64,000 bases of DNA, taken from the NCBI GenBank assembly GCA_017302575.1, contig JAFLDD010000001.1, positions 862,629 to 926,628 of the forward strand. The letters run 5' to 3'. This document shows, one piece after another, positions 50,011 to 58,807 of the stretch; the stretch's first letter is position 1; each line of letters opens with the position of its first letter. The position numbers were made by a program, and so were the translations under genes. Source of the stretch: Alphaproteobacteria bacterium. GTDB taxonomy: Bacteria > Pseudomonadota > Alphaproteobacteria > Rickettsiales > UBA3002. The notes beneath the pieces are model-generated. The model ran no database searches, had not been told where the DNA came from, and was given only the letters and a program-made list of their open reading frames with translations.

Positions 50011-50355
50011 TTAGTTGCCAACATCGCTGAGTGGTTGGAGTGGTTGTGGAATCTCGCCAGCGCGATAACGCCCTACCGTACGCACGGTGCTCTCTGTATC
50101 GGTGCCAGAACCATGGCCGCGCACAGCATCGGCGGGGTCATCGAGTTGAATCGCTATGTTATTTGCCGTCGCACAGCCAAAATTACTATGCACACTATTA
50201 TCATAATTTTCTGTCTGATGGCTCCAATCCGGGCATGGTGCGGGCTTGGTGATTTCGCGAGTGACTGGATTGATCACCGCTTTTTTCTCGGCGGGCACAT
50301 AGTCATCGCATGCAGCAAGGGAGGCCAGTAACAGAATTGGCAGTATATGTTTCAT
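50011..50355 (-). CDS. cpaD: CpaD-like pilus assembly lipoprotein
   Basis: Lipobox LLLASLAAC; position between cpaE and cpaC. Confidence 0.65.
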   Translation of the reverse strand: MKHILPILLLASLAACDDYVPAEKKAVINPVTREITKPAPCPDWSHQTENYDNSVHSNFGCATANNIAIQLDDPADAVRGHGSGTDTESTVRTVGRYRAGEIPQPLQPLSDVGN

Positions 50356-50359
50356 GGCA

Positions 50360-51913
50360 TTACCTCATCAAGAATCCAGCTTGACCACGGCTACCTGCAA
50401 ATGCTGCATCAGGCGTCGTGGGTGCAGCAGGTGCTGCGGGCGGTAAATCGGCTTGCTTGGTTTCATCTACAGGCGCTGCTTCTGCATCACGAATCGCCTT
50501 CTCGGAATGCGGTGTTTTTGGCGACTCTCCTTGCAGTTTGCCAAGCACAATGCGCTCATAATCCGTTGGTGGCGTGTAGCCATCAAGCGGTGTAGCAAGC
50601 GTTGAGGGATCATCAATTGGCTTCACGATGTAAGGCGTGACGAGGATGACCAACTCGGTTTGGTTATTGCGGAATTCGCTTGAACGGAACAATGCACCCA
50701 AGACGGGAATATCACCCAGAATTGGGAATTCATTGATGTTATTTGCGTTGTCACTACGCAATAATCCTGCAATCGCGAAGGTCTGGCCACTACCTAAATC
50801 GACCGAGGTATTGGCGCGACGCGTTGTCAGTGCAGGTATGGTACCAAACGTTCCGCCCGTTATCGCGTTCTCGGTTGAAAGGGCGCTTACCTCAGGCAAG
50901 ACAGCAAGGTTGATTTTATCCTTGCTCATGACCGTCGGTGTAAATTGAAGGCTGACACCAAATTGGCGATATTCAATCGTCACGGTACCATCATCGCCTG
51001 GCACAGGAATTGGAATCTCACCACCCGCAAGGAAGTTAGCAGCTTGGCCCGAGCGCGCTGTTAAATTAGGCTCTGCGAGGATGCTGACCAATCCATCACG
51101 CTCGAGCGCATCAATCACCGCCGTGAAGTTATTGCCACCATCAATGTTACGAATGAAAAGGCTGTTATCGCCACTGGTGGTGTTGCGCAGCAATGTTCCC
51201 GTATCGCTGACAAAATCACGCCCCTGCCCCAAGCCGAAAATGAAATTACCTGGGCCGTTAAAGAGGCTCTCCCAGTTAATGCCAAAGCGTTTCAGCTCGG
51301 TGCGCGCCACCTCAACAATTTTAACTTTGAGCAACACCTGATCGCTCTGACTTGTATCCATCATATTAATGACGCTTTGGCCATTGCCACGCAGGAACGA
51401 TGTCGCCAAGCGACTGACCTTCTCGGCAAGCACGGGCGAGTTCACATCGCCTTTTAGGATGATTGCGTTATCGGTGGATGCTGCATCAATCTCGGCACCT
51501 GGCATCATTTGCGCGACGGCTTTGCGCAATTTGCTCAGGTTATGCGTTACAGTCACGGTACCTTGCAGAATAATGCGGTCATTCGCATCGACTGCCATAA
51601 TACTGGTTTCACCAATATTGCGACCGTTCACATAAATCATTTTAGGTGAGACTACTTGAACATCGGCGATGTCTGAATCCGCCACCACAACGGAAACTGC
51701 AGGTTCTTTTAAGCGGATCGGAATACCCTTATTTACTTCTACCGCGAACCCACTATCGAGCGAGGAACGCGCCAGCGTATCATAAAATTCTCCAGCTTCT
51801 TTGGTCGGCTTCGGTGGCGCAGCCATCACAGGATTCGCGCTAGCAAATACGAGTGCGCATGATGCGACATAGGATGTTGCACGACGCGTGAGCGATGTAC
51901 GTGGATGGGTCAT
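50360..51913 (-). CDS. cpaC: Tad/Cpa pilus secretin CpaC/RcpA
   Basis: BON-like N-domains and secretin C-domain (VLGDIPVLGALFRS). Confidence 0.9.
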   Translation of the reverse strand: MTHPRTSLTRRATSYVASCALVFASANPVMAAPPKPTKEAGEFYDTLARSSLDSGFAVEVNKGIPIRLKEPAVSVVVADSDIADVQVVSPKMIYVNGRNIGETSIMAVDANDRIILQGTVTVTHNLSKLRKAVAQMMPGAEIDAASTDNAIILKGDVNSPVLAEKVSRLATSFLRGNGQSVINMMDTSQSDQVLLKVKIVEVARTELKRFGINWESLFNGPGNFIFGLGQGRDFVSDTGTLLRNTTSGDNSLFIRNIDGGNNFTAVIDALERDGLVSILAEPNLTARSGQAANFLAGGEIPIPVPGDDGTVTIEYRQFGVSLQFTPTVMSKDKINLAVLPEVSALSTENAITGGTFGTIPALTTRRANTSVDLGSGQTFAIAGLLRSDNANNINEFPILGDIPVLGALFRSSEFRNNQTELVILVTPYIVKPIDDPSTLATPLDGYTPPTDYERIVLGKLQGESPKTPHSEKAIRDAEAAPVDETKQADLPPAAPAAPTTPDAAFAGSRGQAGFLMR

Positions 51914-52767
51914 TAGCGGAACTCCACTTCTTCGCGTTCTTTACCGCCGCGAATAATTTGCACTTTGGCACCAACAGCCATACGTGGCGTCACGATGGAG
52001 CTGACGTCACTATCACGCGTAACACTCTCCTCCTGACTTTTTTCAGCATTCTCTAATAAGGTGTGCAGATCAATCTCGCCTGCATCTTCCGTTTTTTCTG
52101 AGTCATCGTCTTTGGCAAGGCTACGCAAGCTTAGGCTGATTTTACCCAAATCCTTCGCAACGTTGATTTTCTCGGCTTGCTTGGGGGTGACCTCCAACGT
52201 CACCGTCTTAGCGAGCATGGCTTTATTCTCGGGATTATCGAGCATCTGATCGACCGCGAGGACACGCACGTCCTCTACGAAGGTTTCACTCGCACGCACG
52301 GGCGACTGACGACTTCCAGTGGAAAGCGTCAAAATCAAATCGACTTTATCACCAGGAAAAATAAAGCCCGCATTGCCCGACGTTGAATCCACCGCTATAG
52401 AAACTGCGCGCTTACCTTGCTCAAGCACCGCAGACATAAATCCGCCTTCGGTTGCTTTCACGAGCACATTTTTTACGACCGCCTCACCTTTTTGGATAGC
52501 GCGACGCGCAACGGAGCCGTCGAATTCTTTTAAGGTCACCTGACCATCCACCAACATAGATTCGGTGATGTTATCTTCAGGCCATTCTTTGAAGGTTAGA
52601 AAATCATTGGCACGCACGAAAGCGCCAGCAGGAATATCAATCGTTGCAACGACAATGCGTGGCCCCGTATTGGCATCGTCACTGCCCATACGACTTTTAA
52701 GGCCTAACGCCGTCACCAGCGCCAATATGGCGGCAACACCCAGCAATAGCAGACTACGTCCTTGCAT
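51913..52767 (-). CDS. cpaB: Flp pilus assembly protein CpaB/RcpC
   Basis: N-terminal TM helix, SAF-like domain; GGAG SD before ATG 52767. Confidence 0.85.
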   Translation of the reverse strand: MQGRSLLLLGVAAILALVTALGLKSRMGSDDANTGPRIVVATIDIPAGAFVRANDFLTFKEWPEDNITESMLVDGQVTLKEFDGSVARRAIQKGEAVVKNVLVKATEGGFMSAVLEQGKRAVSIAVDSTSGNAGFIFPGDKVDLILTLSTGSRQSPVRASETFVEDVRVLAVDQMLDNPENKAMLAKTVTLEVTPKQAEKINVAKDLGKISLSLRSLAKDDDSEKTEDAGEIDLHTLLENAEKSQEESVTRDSDVSSIVTPRMAVGAKVQIIRGGKEREEVEFR

Positions 52768-52851
52768 CGCTTCTCCCCTGTGCACTCTGCCGATTTACTC
52801 GGCTTATTTGTTTTTTAACTGTGGCACCCTACCACAGCTTTCACCACTTTA

Positions 52852-53949
52852 CTAGCTATTGATTTTTAACATTTTATTAGCATTTGAATCAAATTTCACT
52901 CTCTCTGGCACGCCTAACAAATAGCCCTGGAACATGCCCACGCCCATATCACTTAAGCGCTGATGCTGCGCCTCTGTCTCCACCCCCTCCGCGACCACGG
53001 TAGCACCAGATGTATGCGCCAGCTCCACCATGGCAGAGACATTGCTCGCCACACGCGCTTCCGTGATGTTACGGCTTAAGCGACCATCAAGCTTCACGAA
53101 ATCTGGTTTGATCTCAGCGATCACATGCTTGAGCTCTTCTGCGGTCATCACATCGTCCACTGCGAGCGAGAAGCCGCGCGTGCGACAATAATCGACGAGC
53201 GTCTTGAGTTGTTTTAACCCAGCCAGTGGTGGCTGAATCGAAATATCGAGCACAATGTGGCGCGGCATCAGACCAAACGACTCAACCGCCTGCGACAATC
53301 CTTCGAGATAATGCTCGGGACGGCTAATGGAACCCGTGACGAAATTGATGAAGAGATACCCATCACTATCTGAGCCCACAAACGTACGCACCGCCTCTTT
53401 GTGCAGCATGCGATCAAGCTGGAACTCAAGGTTCAGCATACGACTGGCTAGCATAATGGCTCCACCATCACGCATTGACCCGCCTTCTTCTTCAATGCGG
53501 GCGAAGGCTTCGAAGCCTGCCACTTTACCGCGCTTATCAATCACACGCTGCATGAAGCAGATCAGCCGATGATCCAGCAGCGCGTGCATAAGCCAAATAT
53601 GTTTGCTCGCCTGCTCCATCTCGATGTAGGAGCGCATAAGCATCGTCGCTTCTTCTTTGAGTGGTTGGGGCTGCGCCGGAATGAGTGCGACCTTGATGAC
53701 AGATGCGGCGCCGTGTTTCTTGATCACTTCACCAACATCATTAAACGCGCTTACCCATGGGTGCTTAATCGCCATGCCGAACATGAGCGACGAGTCATAC
53801 AGAGGCTTCATTCCCTTTGCTGCAAAATCCGCTTTGAGGCGTTCGGACAGGGCATTATCTGCGCATTGATAAATAAGCCAATAGTGCGGGGAAGGAATCC
53901 AAGGCGAATAAAAAGCGGGGCTGGGTGTCGTCACTGCGCTATCACTCAC
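52852..53949 (-). CDS. EAL-domain protein (putative c-di-GMP phosphodiesterase) with unknown N-terminal domain
   Basis: FEAFAR, KLD, VAEGVET, and QGYLLG EAL motifs; GTG start. Confidence 0.8.
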   Translation of the reverse strand: MSDSAVTTPSPAFYSPWIPSPHYWLIYQCADNALSERLKADFAAKGMKPLYDSSLMFGMAIKHPWVSAFNDVGEVIKKHGAASVIKVALIPAQPQPLKEEATMLMRSYIEMEQASKHIWLMHALLDHRLICFMQRVIDKRGKVAGFEAFARIEEEGGSMRDGGAIMLASRMLNLEFQLDRMLHKEAVRTFVGSDSDGYLFINFVTGSISRPEHYLEGLSQAVESFGLMPRHIVLDISIQPPLAGLKQLKTLVDYCRTRGFSLAVDDVMTAEELKHVIAEIKPDFVKLDGRLSRNITEARVASNVSAMVELAHTSGATVVAEGVETEAQHQRLSDMGVGMFQGYLLGVPERVKFDSNANKMLKINS

Positions 53950-54071
53950 GTAAAGTTACGTTGGTTAGGTTGCGCTTTTAGAGGCGCAATTGCAAGCGCG
54001 AGATAAAAATAACGTATTGGATTTAATTCAATTTTTCGGAAGTGTGTCAGAGGACACAAAGGCAACAATGC

Positions 54072-54236
54072 CTAGCGCATCATGATCAGGAAGCCGTTCT
54101 TCACCGTGGCTGCTTCAGGCGCTACTGCCAGTTCGTCCCAGTTTGCTTTATTCTGGTCGAGCATCGCAGTGTTCTGCTGGTTGCCGCAAGCTGTGAGGCA
54201 AAGCATCACGGCAGTAAGTGCAATCAGGTTTTTCAT
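54072..54236 (-). CDS. Small lipoprotein (54 aa)
   Basis: MKNLIALTAVMLCLTAC lipobox; GGAG SD. Confidence 0.5.
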   Translation of the reverse strand: MKNLIALTAVMLCLTACGNQQNTAMLDQNKANWDELAVAPEAATVKNGFLIMMR

Positions 54237-54437
54237 GTGTAGCTCCATGTGGGGCGTTTGTTTCTTGACGCCCTTATGCGCCTGTTGCGCTGCAATGAGG
54301 AGTGCTCTTTCGGAAGCCAAGCTATGCAGCAAACGCATAGCTAAAAAATGCTATAAATTACAACGGATCGGCTGTTGTAAAGGCGCAACCCACTATATAT
54401 AGCGTACTACATCTAGTGGGTGTGCATAACTTATTGA

Positions 54438-54824
54438 TTAGATTTCGCGGTGACCACCGCCGCCAGTGCCTAAATCACGCGGCAAGCCATGGCTAATCGG
54501 TGCGGACTGCACATCGTGAGCAAGCATGCGGGCAAACTCTGCGGCTTGTTGGTTGGCCTTGCTGAAATCCGACGACATTTGTGCCGCGATACGCGCCAGC
54601 AATGCTTGTTTACCAGGCTTAGCACCAATACGGCCACTATTAAGAAGCGATACGAGTGGTGTGTTGAGCGGGTTCTTGCCGATACCCAAAATCATCATCT
54701 GGAAACCGCCTGAAACATCCGCGTCAGGAATCATGCCGAATAGCGAGCCAGGCCCCATACCACCACGGGCGGCCTGCTCCATCGACTGCATTTGGGCTAT
54801 TCGACTGATAATATCATCTGCCAT
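54438..54824 (-). CDS. Orphan Gly-rich hypothetical protein (128 aa)
   Basis: Clean ORF; no SD; perfect extended -10 sits 6 nt from the ATG. Confidence 0.5.
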   Translation of the reverse strand: MADDIISRIAQMQSMEQAARGGMGPGSLFGMIPDADVSGGFQMMILGIGKNPLNTPLVSLLNSGRIGAKPGKQALLARIAAQMSSDFSKANQQAAEFARMLAHDVQSAPISHGLPRDLGTGGGGHREI

Positions 54825-54830
54825 GGACCC

Positions 54831-54839
54831 ATTATACCA
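54831..54839 (-). promoter_or_regulatory. Extended -10 promoter TGGTATAAT, 6 nt from ATG 54824 (leaderless arrangement)
   Basis: Read directly on the minus strand: TGGTATAAT-GGGTCC-ATG. Confidence 0.55.
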
Positions 54840-54870
54840 CGATAAAGGTTACGATAGTATTACAAAAACA

Positions 54871-55263
54871 CTAGTTTACGAGGGCTTTCTTAAAGGGGCA
54901 ATCGAGCGAAAACGCTGGGATATCAACGTCAAAATGCTCTCCCTTGGTGTTCACCATTTCGTAGGCGCCGAGCATAATGCCTGATGGCGTATTCAGCGAC
55001 GTGCCCGAGGTATATTGAAATGCCTTGCCTGGTTCAATCACTGGCGTTTCACCAATGACCCCTGGCCCACGCACTTCTTGGGTGAGGCCCTGCTCGTCCG
55101 TAATCTGCCAATAACGATTGAGCAGTTGCACCGTTTCGGAACCATGATTTTCAAGTTGAATCGTGTAGGCCCAGACATAATGACCGTCTGATGGCTCGGA
55201 GTGCTCGTTCAAGAACGTCGGCACTGCGGTGACTTTAATGTCGCGTGTAACTTTGCTGAACAT
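54871..55263 (-). CDS. apaG: ApaG (DUF525) protein
   Basis: YVWAYTIQLENHG...YWQITD...VRGPGVIGETP signature. Confidence 0.92.
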   Translation of the reverse strand: MFSKVTRDIKVTAVPTFLNEHSEPSDGHYVWAYTIQLENHGSETVQLLNRYWQITDEQGLTQEVRGPGVIGETPVIEPGKAFQYTSGTSLNTPSGIMLGAYEMVNTKGEHFDVDIPAFSLDCPFKKALVN

Positions 55264-55307
55264 AGGATGGGGATATAAGTACGATGTAGCGTGAAAGTCA
55301 AGGGTGG

Positions 55308-56459
55308 CTAAGCACCAATTCTGCGCATAAATTCCATACCCAACTGCAATTGGGCGCTTTCGATAAATTCATCGGGCTGGTGCGCTTGGTCGATGGAGCC
55401 TGGGCCGCAAATAATGGTGTTCAAGCCGTGATGTTGGAAGATGCCGCCCTCTGTCCCGTAGGAGACATATTCGGCGTGGTTGCTATTGGCCAAGCGCTTG
55501 GCGAGTGCGACATGTTCACTTGCTTCATCTACCGCACCAAGACCATGGACATTGGTGAGTTGGCGCGTGACGATCGAGGTGGTGGGGTCGATTTGCTTCA
55601 TCGCATCTTCTAGCGCAATGCATTGCTCGTAATATGGCTTAAGAATTTCCGCTACATCCGTACCTGGCAGTGGGCGCACTTCCCACGCGATGCGGCAATG
55701 ACGCGGGATGATATTGCGTGCCGTGCCCCCCTCGACCACGCCAACATGCACGGTGGAGTAGTTGGGAGTGAACCCTGATTTTTTGTCGGCCTTTTTGCGT
55801 GCACGGATGGAAATATCGTTGAGCGTATGAATTAACTCACCCATCAACATCACGGCGTTTACGCCTTGTTGTGGCATGCTCGAATGCGCCTCGCGCCCTG
55901 TGATAATTGTTTCGTAAGAAAGTATACCCTTATGCGCGATGACGAGCTTCATCTCGGTCGGTTCACCAACCACGATTAAGGATGGCTCTACATGCTCGTC
56001 GATTAATTTCTGCGCCATTGGCGCTGCGCCTAGGCAGCCGATCTCTTCATCATGCGAGAAGGCAAACCAGATTGGTTTTCTTGGTGATTGCGCCTTCCAA
56101 TAGTCCACATGCGCCAGCGCAAGCGCAAGGAATGACTTCATGTCACTCGTACCGCGACCATAAAAACGCCCGCCTCGAAAAGCGAGTTGGTAAGGGTCGC
56201 TCGACCATGGCTGACCAACCGTTGGTACAACATCCGTGTGGCCTGAAAGCACAATTCCGCCCTGCCCCTTGGGTCCCACACGCGCTAAGAGTGATGCTTT
56301 GCCATTGCCTTCGTTGACACGTTCATAGGGCACGGCGCGCCGACCCAAGAAATCTTCCACCCATTCGATAAGCGCGAGATTGCTTTGGTGGCTGGTCGTA
56401 TCGAAGCTCACCAGCTTGGCGAGAATTTCAATGACGTTCTCTAGTGACGGATAACTCAT
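55308..56459 (-). CDS. argE: Acetylornithine deacetylase (M20 peptidase family)
   Basis: LSGHTDVVP, SHDEEIGC metal-binding motifs. Confidence 0.85.
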   Translation of the reverse strand: MSYPSLENVIEILAKLVSFDTTSHQSNLALIEWVEDFLGRRAVPYERVNEGNGKASLLARVGPKGQGGIVLSGHTDVVPTVGQPWSSDPYQLAFRGGRFYGRGTSDMKSFLALALAHVDYWKAQSPRKPIWFAFSHDEEIGCLGAAPMAQKLIDEHVEPSLIVVGEPTEMKLVIAHKGILSYETIITGREAHSSMPQQGVNAVMLMGELIHTLNDISIRARKKADKKSGFTPNYSTVHVGVVEGGTARNIIPRHCRIAWEVRPLPGTDVAEILKPYYEQCIALEDAMKQIDPTTSIVTRQLTNVHGLGAVDEASEHVALAKRLANSNHAEYVSYGTEGGIFQHHGLNTIICGPGSIDQAHQPDEFIESAQLQLGMEFMRRIGA

Positions 56460-57685
56460 GCCACCTTTTTAGGCGGTTCCATCATCTTTGGCAAATCACC
56501 AATGAGCCCCATCGCATGACGCATGAAGAAATGTTTGAGAGGCGGCATACGCTCGACCATCTTAAGGCCAGTGCGACGCAAGAATGCCAACGATGGCGAG
56601 CGGTTCGAGAATAGGCGATTCAGCAAGTCGGTGCTTGCGGTCATGCTTACAGAATCAAATTTCCGCCAGCGTTGATAATGCTTCAACAGCTCGGCATCGC
56701 CCAAGTCGCGTTTGTGTTGGTGCTGTTCAATCAGCAACTCAGATAGCACTGCGACATCGCGGTAACCAAGGTTCACACCCTGACCCGCAATGGGGTGAAT
56801 GCCATGCGCTGCATCACCCACTAATACAAAACGTGACGCGATGAATTCCGTCGCGGTTTGGAGTTTGAGCGGATAGGCGAAGCGCTTGCCCACGGCTTTT
56901 ACCTTGCCCCAATACTCGCCGCTGCGACGCGCAAGCTCGGCATTAAATTCGTCGTCACTTAGTTTCATATAATGTGCAGCGTCATCTTCATGCTCTGTCC
57001 AGACGATGCCACTACGATGCGTTCCATGCGCATCGTCGATCAATGGCAACACCGCAAACGGCCCTGCAGGCATGAAGCGTTCCAGCGCGAGGCCTTGATG
57101 GGGATTCTCATGCTCCATCACACACACAATCGCCGTTTGGTCATAGGAGATGATGCGATAATCAATGCCCGCTTTATCGCGCAGGCCTGAAAATCTACCA
57201 TCCGCCGCGACGAGCAATGGGGCTTTGAGTTCGCGACCATTATCGAGTTTAGCGACCACATGTGTATCGAAGGTTTCATAATCCGTGACTTTCAGGCCGC
57301 TCAACATGGTGATGCCCGACTGCTCGGTAACTTTCTTATAAAGCCCACGGCGAATCATGTGATTTTCGATGATGTAGCCAAATGGTTCATCGCCCACGTC
57401 TTTGTCGTGGTAATGCACGAAACCTTGGGCGAAACCATCGCACACGCGAATATCGTGGATGGGCGAAATATTCGGCGCGATATAATTCCACGCACCGATA
57501 TGCTCTAAGATTCGCACCGAGCCGAGCGCGATGGCGCTGGTGCGCCCATCAAAACTGGTTTCGATCTGATCCTTGGCGGGGATTGGGTCAATTACCACCA
57601 CATTCAGGCCGCCCTGCGCGAGTGCGAGCGCCAGCGCATTGCCAACCAGACCGCCCCCTGCGATGATGATGTCATGAGATTCCAT
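56456..57685 (-). CDS. UbiH/UbiF/Coq6-family FAD-dependent ubiquinone hydroxylase
   Basis: IIIAGGGLVG FAD motif, LVGDAAHGIHPIAGQG motif. Confidence 0.88.
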   Translation of the reverse strand: MESHDIIIAGGGLVGNALALALAQGGLNVVVIDPIPAKDQIETSFDGRTSAIALGSVRILEHIGAWNYIAPNISPIHDIRVCDGFAQGFVHYHDKDVGDEPFGYIIENHMIRRGLYKKVTEQSGITMLSGLKVTDYETFDTHVVAKLDNGRELKAPLLVAADGRFSGLRDKAGIDYRIISYDQTAIVCVMEHENPHQGLALERFMPAGPFAVLPLIDDAHGTHRSGIVWTEHEDDAAHYMKLSDDEFNAELARRSGEYWGKVKAVGKRFAYPLKLQTATEFIASRFVLVGDAAHGIHPIAGQGVNLGYRDVAVLSELLIEQHQHKRDLGDAELLKHYQRWRKFDSVSMTASTDLLNRLFSNRSPSLAFLRRTGLKMVERMPPLKHFFMRHAMGLIGDLPKMMEPPKKVA

Positions 57686-57812
57686 GACGCTGGTGTAGCA
57701 CGCGCCAGATTACTTGCAAACATGACTCTTTTTTATGCAGCTTGCTGTTTCTATTGGCATGGCCGCGACGCAGGCCAATGTTTATCCTATTGATTTCACT
57801 CATTATATAGAC

Positions 57813-57828
57813 TGGCACGGGTCTTGTA
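57813..57828 (+). promoter_or_regulatory. Sigma-54-like -24/-12 element TGGCAC-N5-TTGTA
   Basis: One mismatch to TGGCAC-N5-TTGCW; 40 nt upstream of an orphan terminator stem. Confidence 0.3.
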
Positions 57829-57838
57829 ACACTTGACC

Positions 57839-57894
57839 CACTTTATTTGTTCCTGCAACCACTAAGGGGGAGGCTTTACGGCCTCCCTTTTTTT
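57839..57894 (+). ncRNA. Candidate small RNA ending at an orphan intrinsic terminator
   Basis: Terminator GGGAGGC-tttacg-GCCTCCC plus T7 (57868-57894) with no plus-strand gene upstream; 5' end only inferred from the sigma-54-like element. Confidence 0.25.
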
Positions 57895-57910
57895 GTGTCA
57901 TAAGCGTCGG

Positions 57911-58699
57911 ATGAAAATTGCATCGTGGAACGTCAACTCCGTCCGCATTCGCGGGCATATTCTCAAACGCTATGTCGAGATGGCCAAGCCCGATGTGCTG
58001 TGCCTGCAAGAAACCAAGGTCGAGGATAAAGACTTCCCGCATGATTTGGTGGGAGAGCTTGGCTTTAAGCATCACCTGTTTTCAGGGCAGAAGAGTTATA
58101 ATGGTGTTGCCATCTTCTCAAAGGTTCCGCTGACATTGCACAGCACGAACGATGTTTCGGGCAGTGGTGCGAAACGCCATATCGCCGCGACATTACCTAA
58201 CGGTATCGAGATTCATAATTTCTACGTGCCTGCGGGCGGTGACATTCCCGACCCGAAAGAAAACGAGAAGTTCGACGATAAATTGAAGTTCGTGGCAGGG
58301 ATGACGAAATGGTCAAAAACCGTGAACCCTAAAAAGCCTGTAGTGATTTTGGGTGATATGAACATCGCGCCCTATGAGCATGATGTGTGGTCATCCAAAC
58401 AATTGCGCGACGTGGTGAGCCATACGCCGATTGAGCGCGAGAAGATGCTGGCGCTACGCGACACGATTGGTTGGATTGACGCGGCGCGCGAATTCACCCC
58501 GATGGAAGAGAAGCTCTTCAGTTGGTGGAGCTATCGCAACCGTGATTGGAAAGTGGCGAATCGTGGCCGCAGACTAGACCATATCTGGGTAACGCCTGCG
58601 CTGAAGTCGGCGCTTAAGGGGCATGTGATTACCAAGGAGACCAGAGATTGGGAAAGCACGTCGGACCACGTGCCGATACTTTTGGAATTGAAGCTCTAA
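57911..58699 (+). CDS. xthA: Exodeoxyribonuclease III
   Basis: MKIASWNVNS, LCLQETK, and SDHVP motifs. Confidence 0.93.
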   Translation: MKIASWNVNSVRIRGHILKRYVEMAKPDVLCLQETKVEDKDFPHDLVGELGFKHHLFSGQKSYNGVAIFSKVPLTLHSTNDVSGSGAKRHIAATLPNGIEIHNFYVPAGGDIPDPKENEKFDDKLKFVAGMTKWSKTVNPKKPVVILGDMNIAPYEHDVWSSKQLRDVVSHTPIEREKMLALRDTIGWIDAAREFTPMEEKLFSWWSYRNRDWKVANRGRRLDHIWVTPALKSALKGHVITKETRDWESTSDHVPILLELKL

Positions 58700-58807
58700 T
58701 CGAGCAGATTTCGAATCGAGATGTTTTTGAGTGCGGGGCGTGTGCAATAGAAGAGTACACCAAGCCACACGAAACCAAGTACTGCTGCAACGGGCAATAG
58801 ATACATA

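Noticed and set aside
54072-54236. Small protein near the tad locus, considered as the missing Flp pilin
   Set aside because: It has a lipobox (LTAC) and lacks the Flp G-x4-EY processing motif and hydrophobic core.
57803-58075. 90-aa minus-strand ORF across the xthA start
   Set aside because: It runs through the plus-strand terminator and the 5' end of xthA, and has no SD or promoter.
58709-58720. tttcgaatc similarity to the tRNA-Gly T-arm, considered as a possible att repeat for a Tad island
   Set aside because: Only 8-9 nt match and the site is 5 kb beyond the locus. This is within chance expectation.
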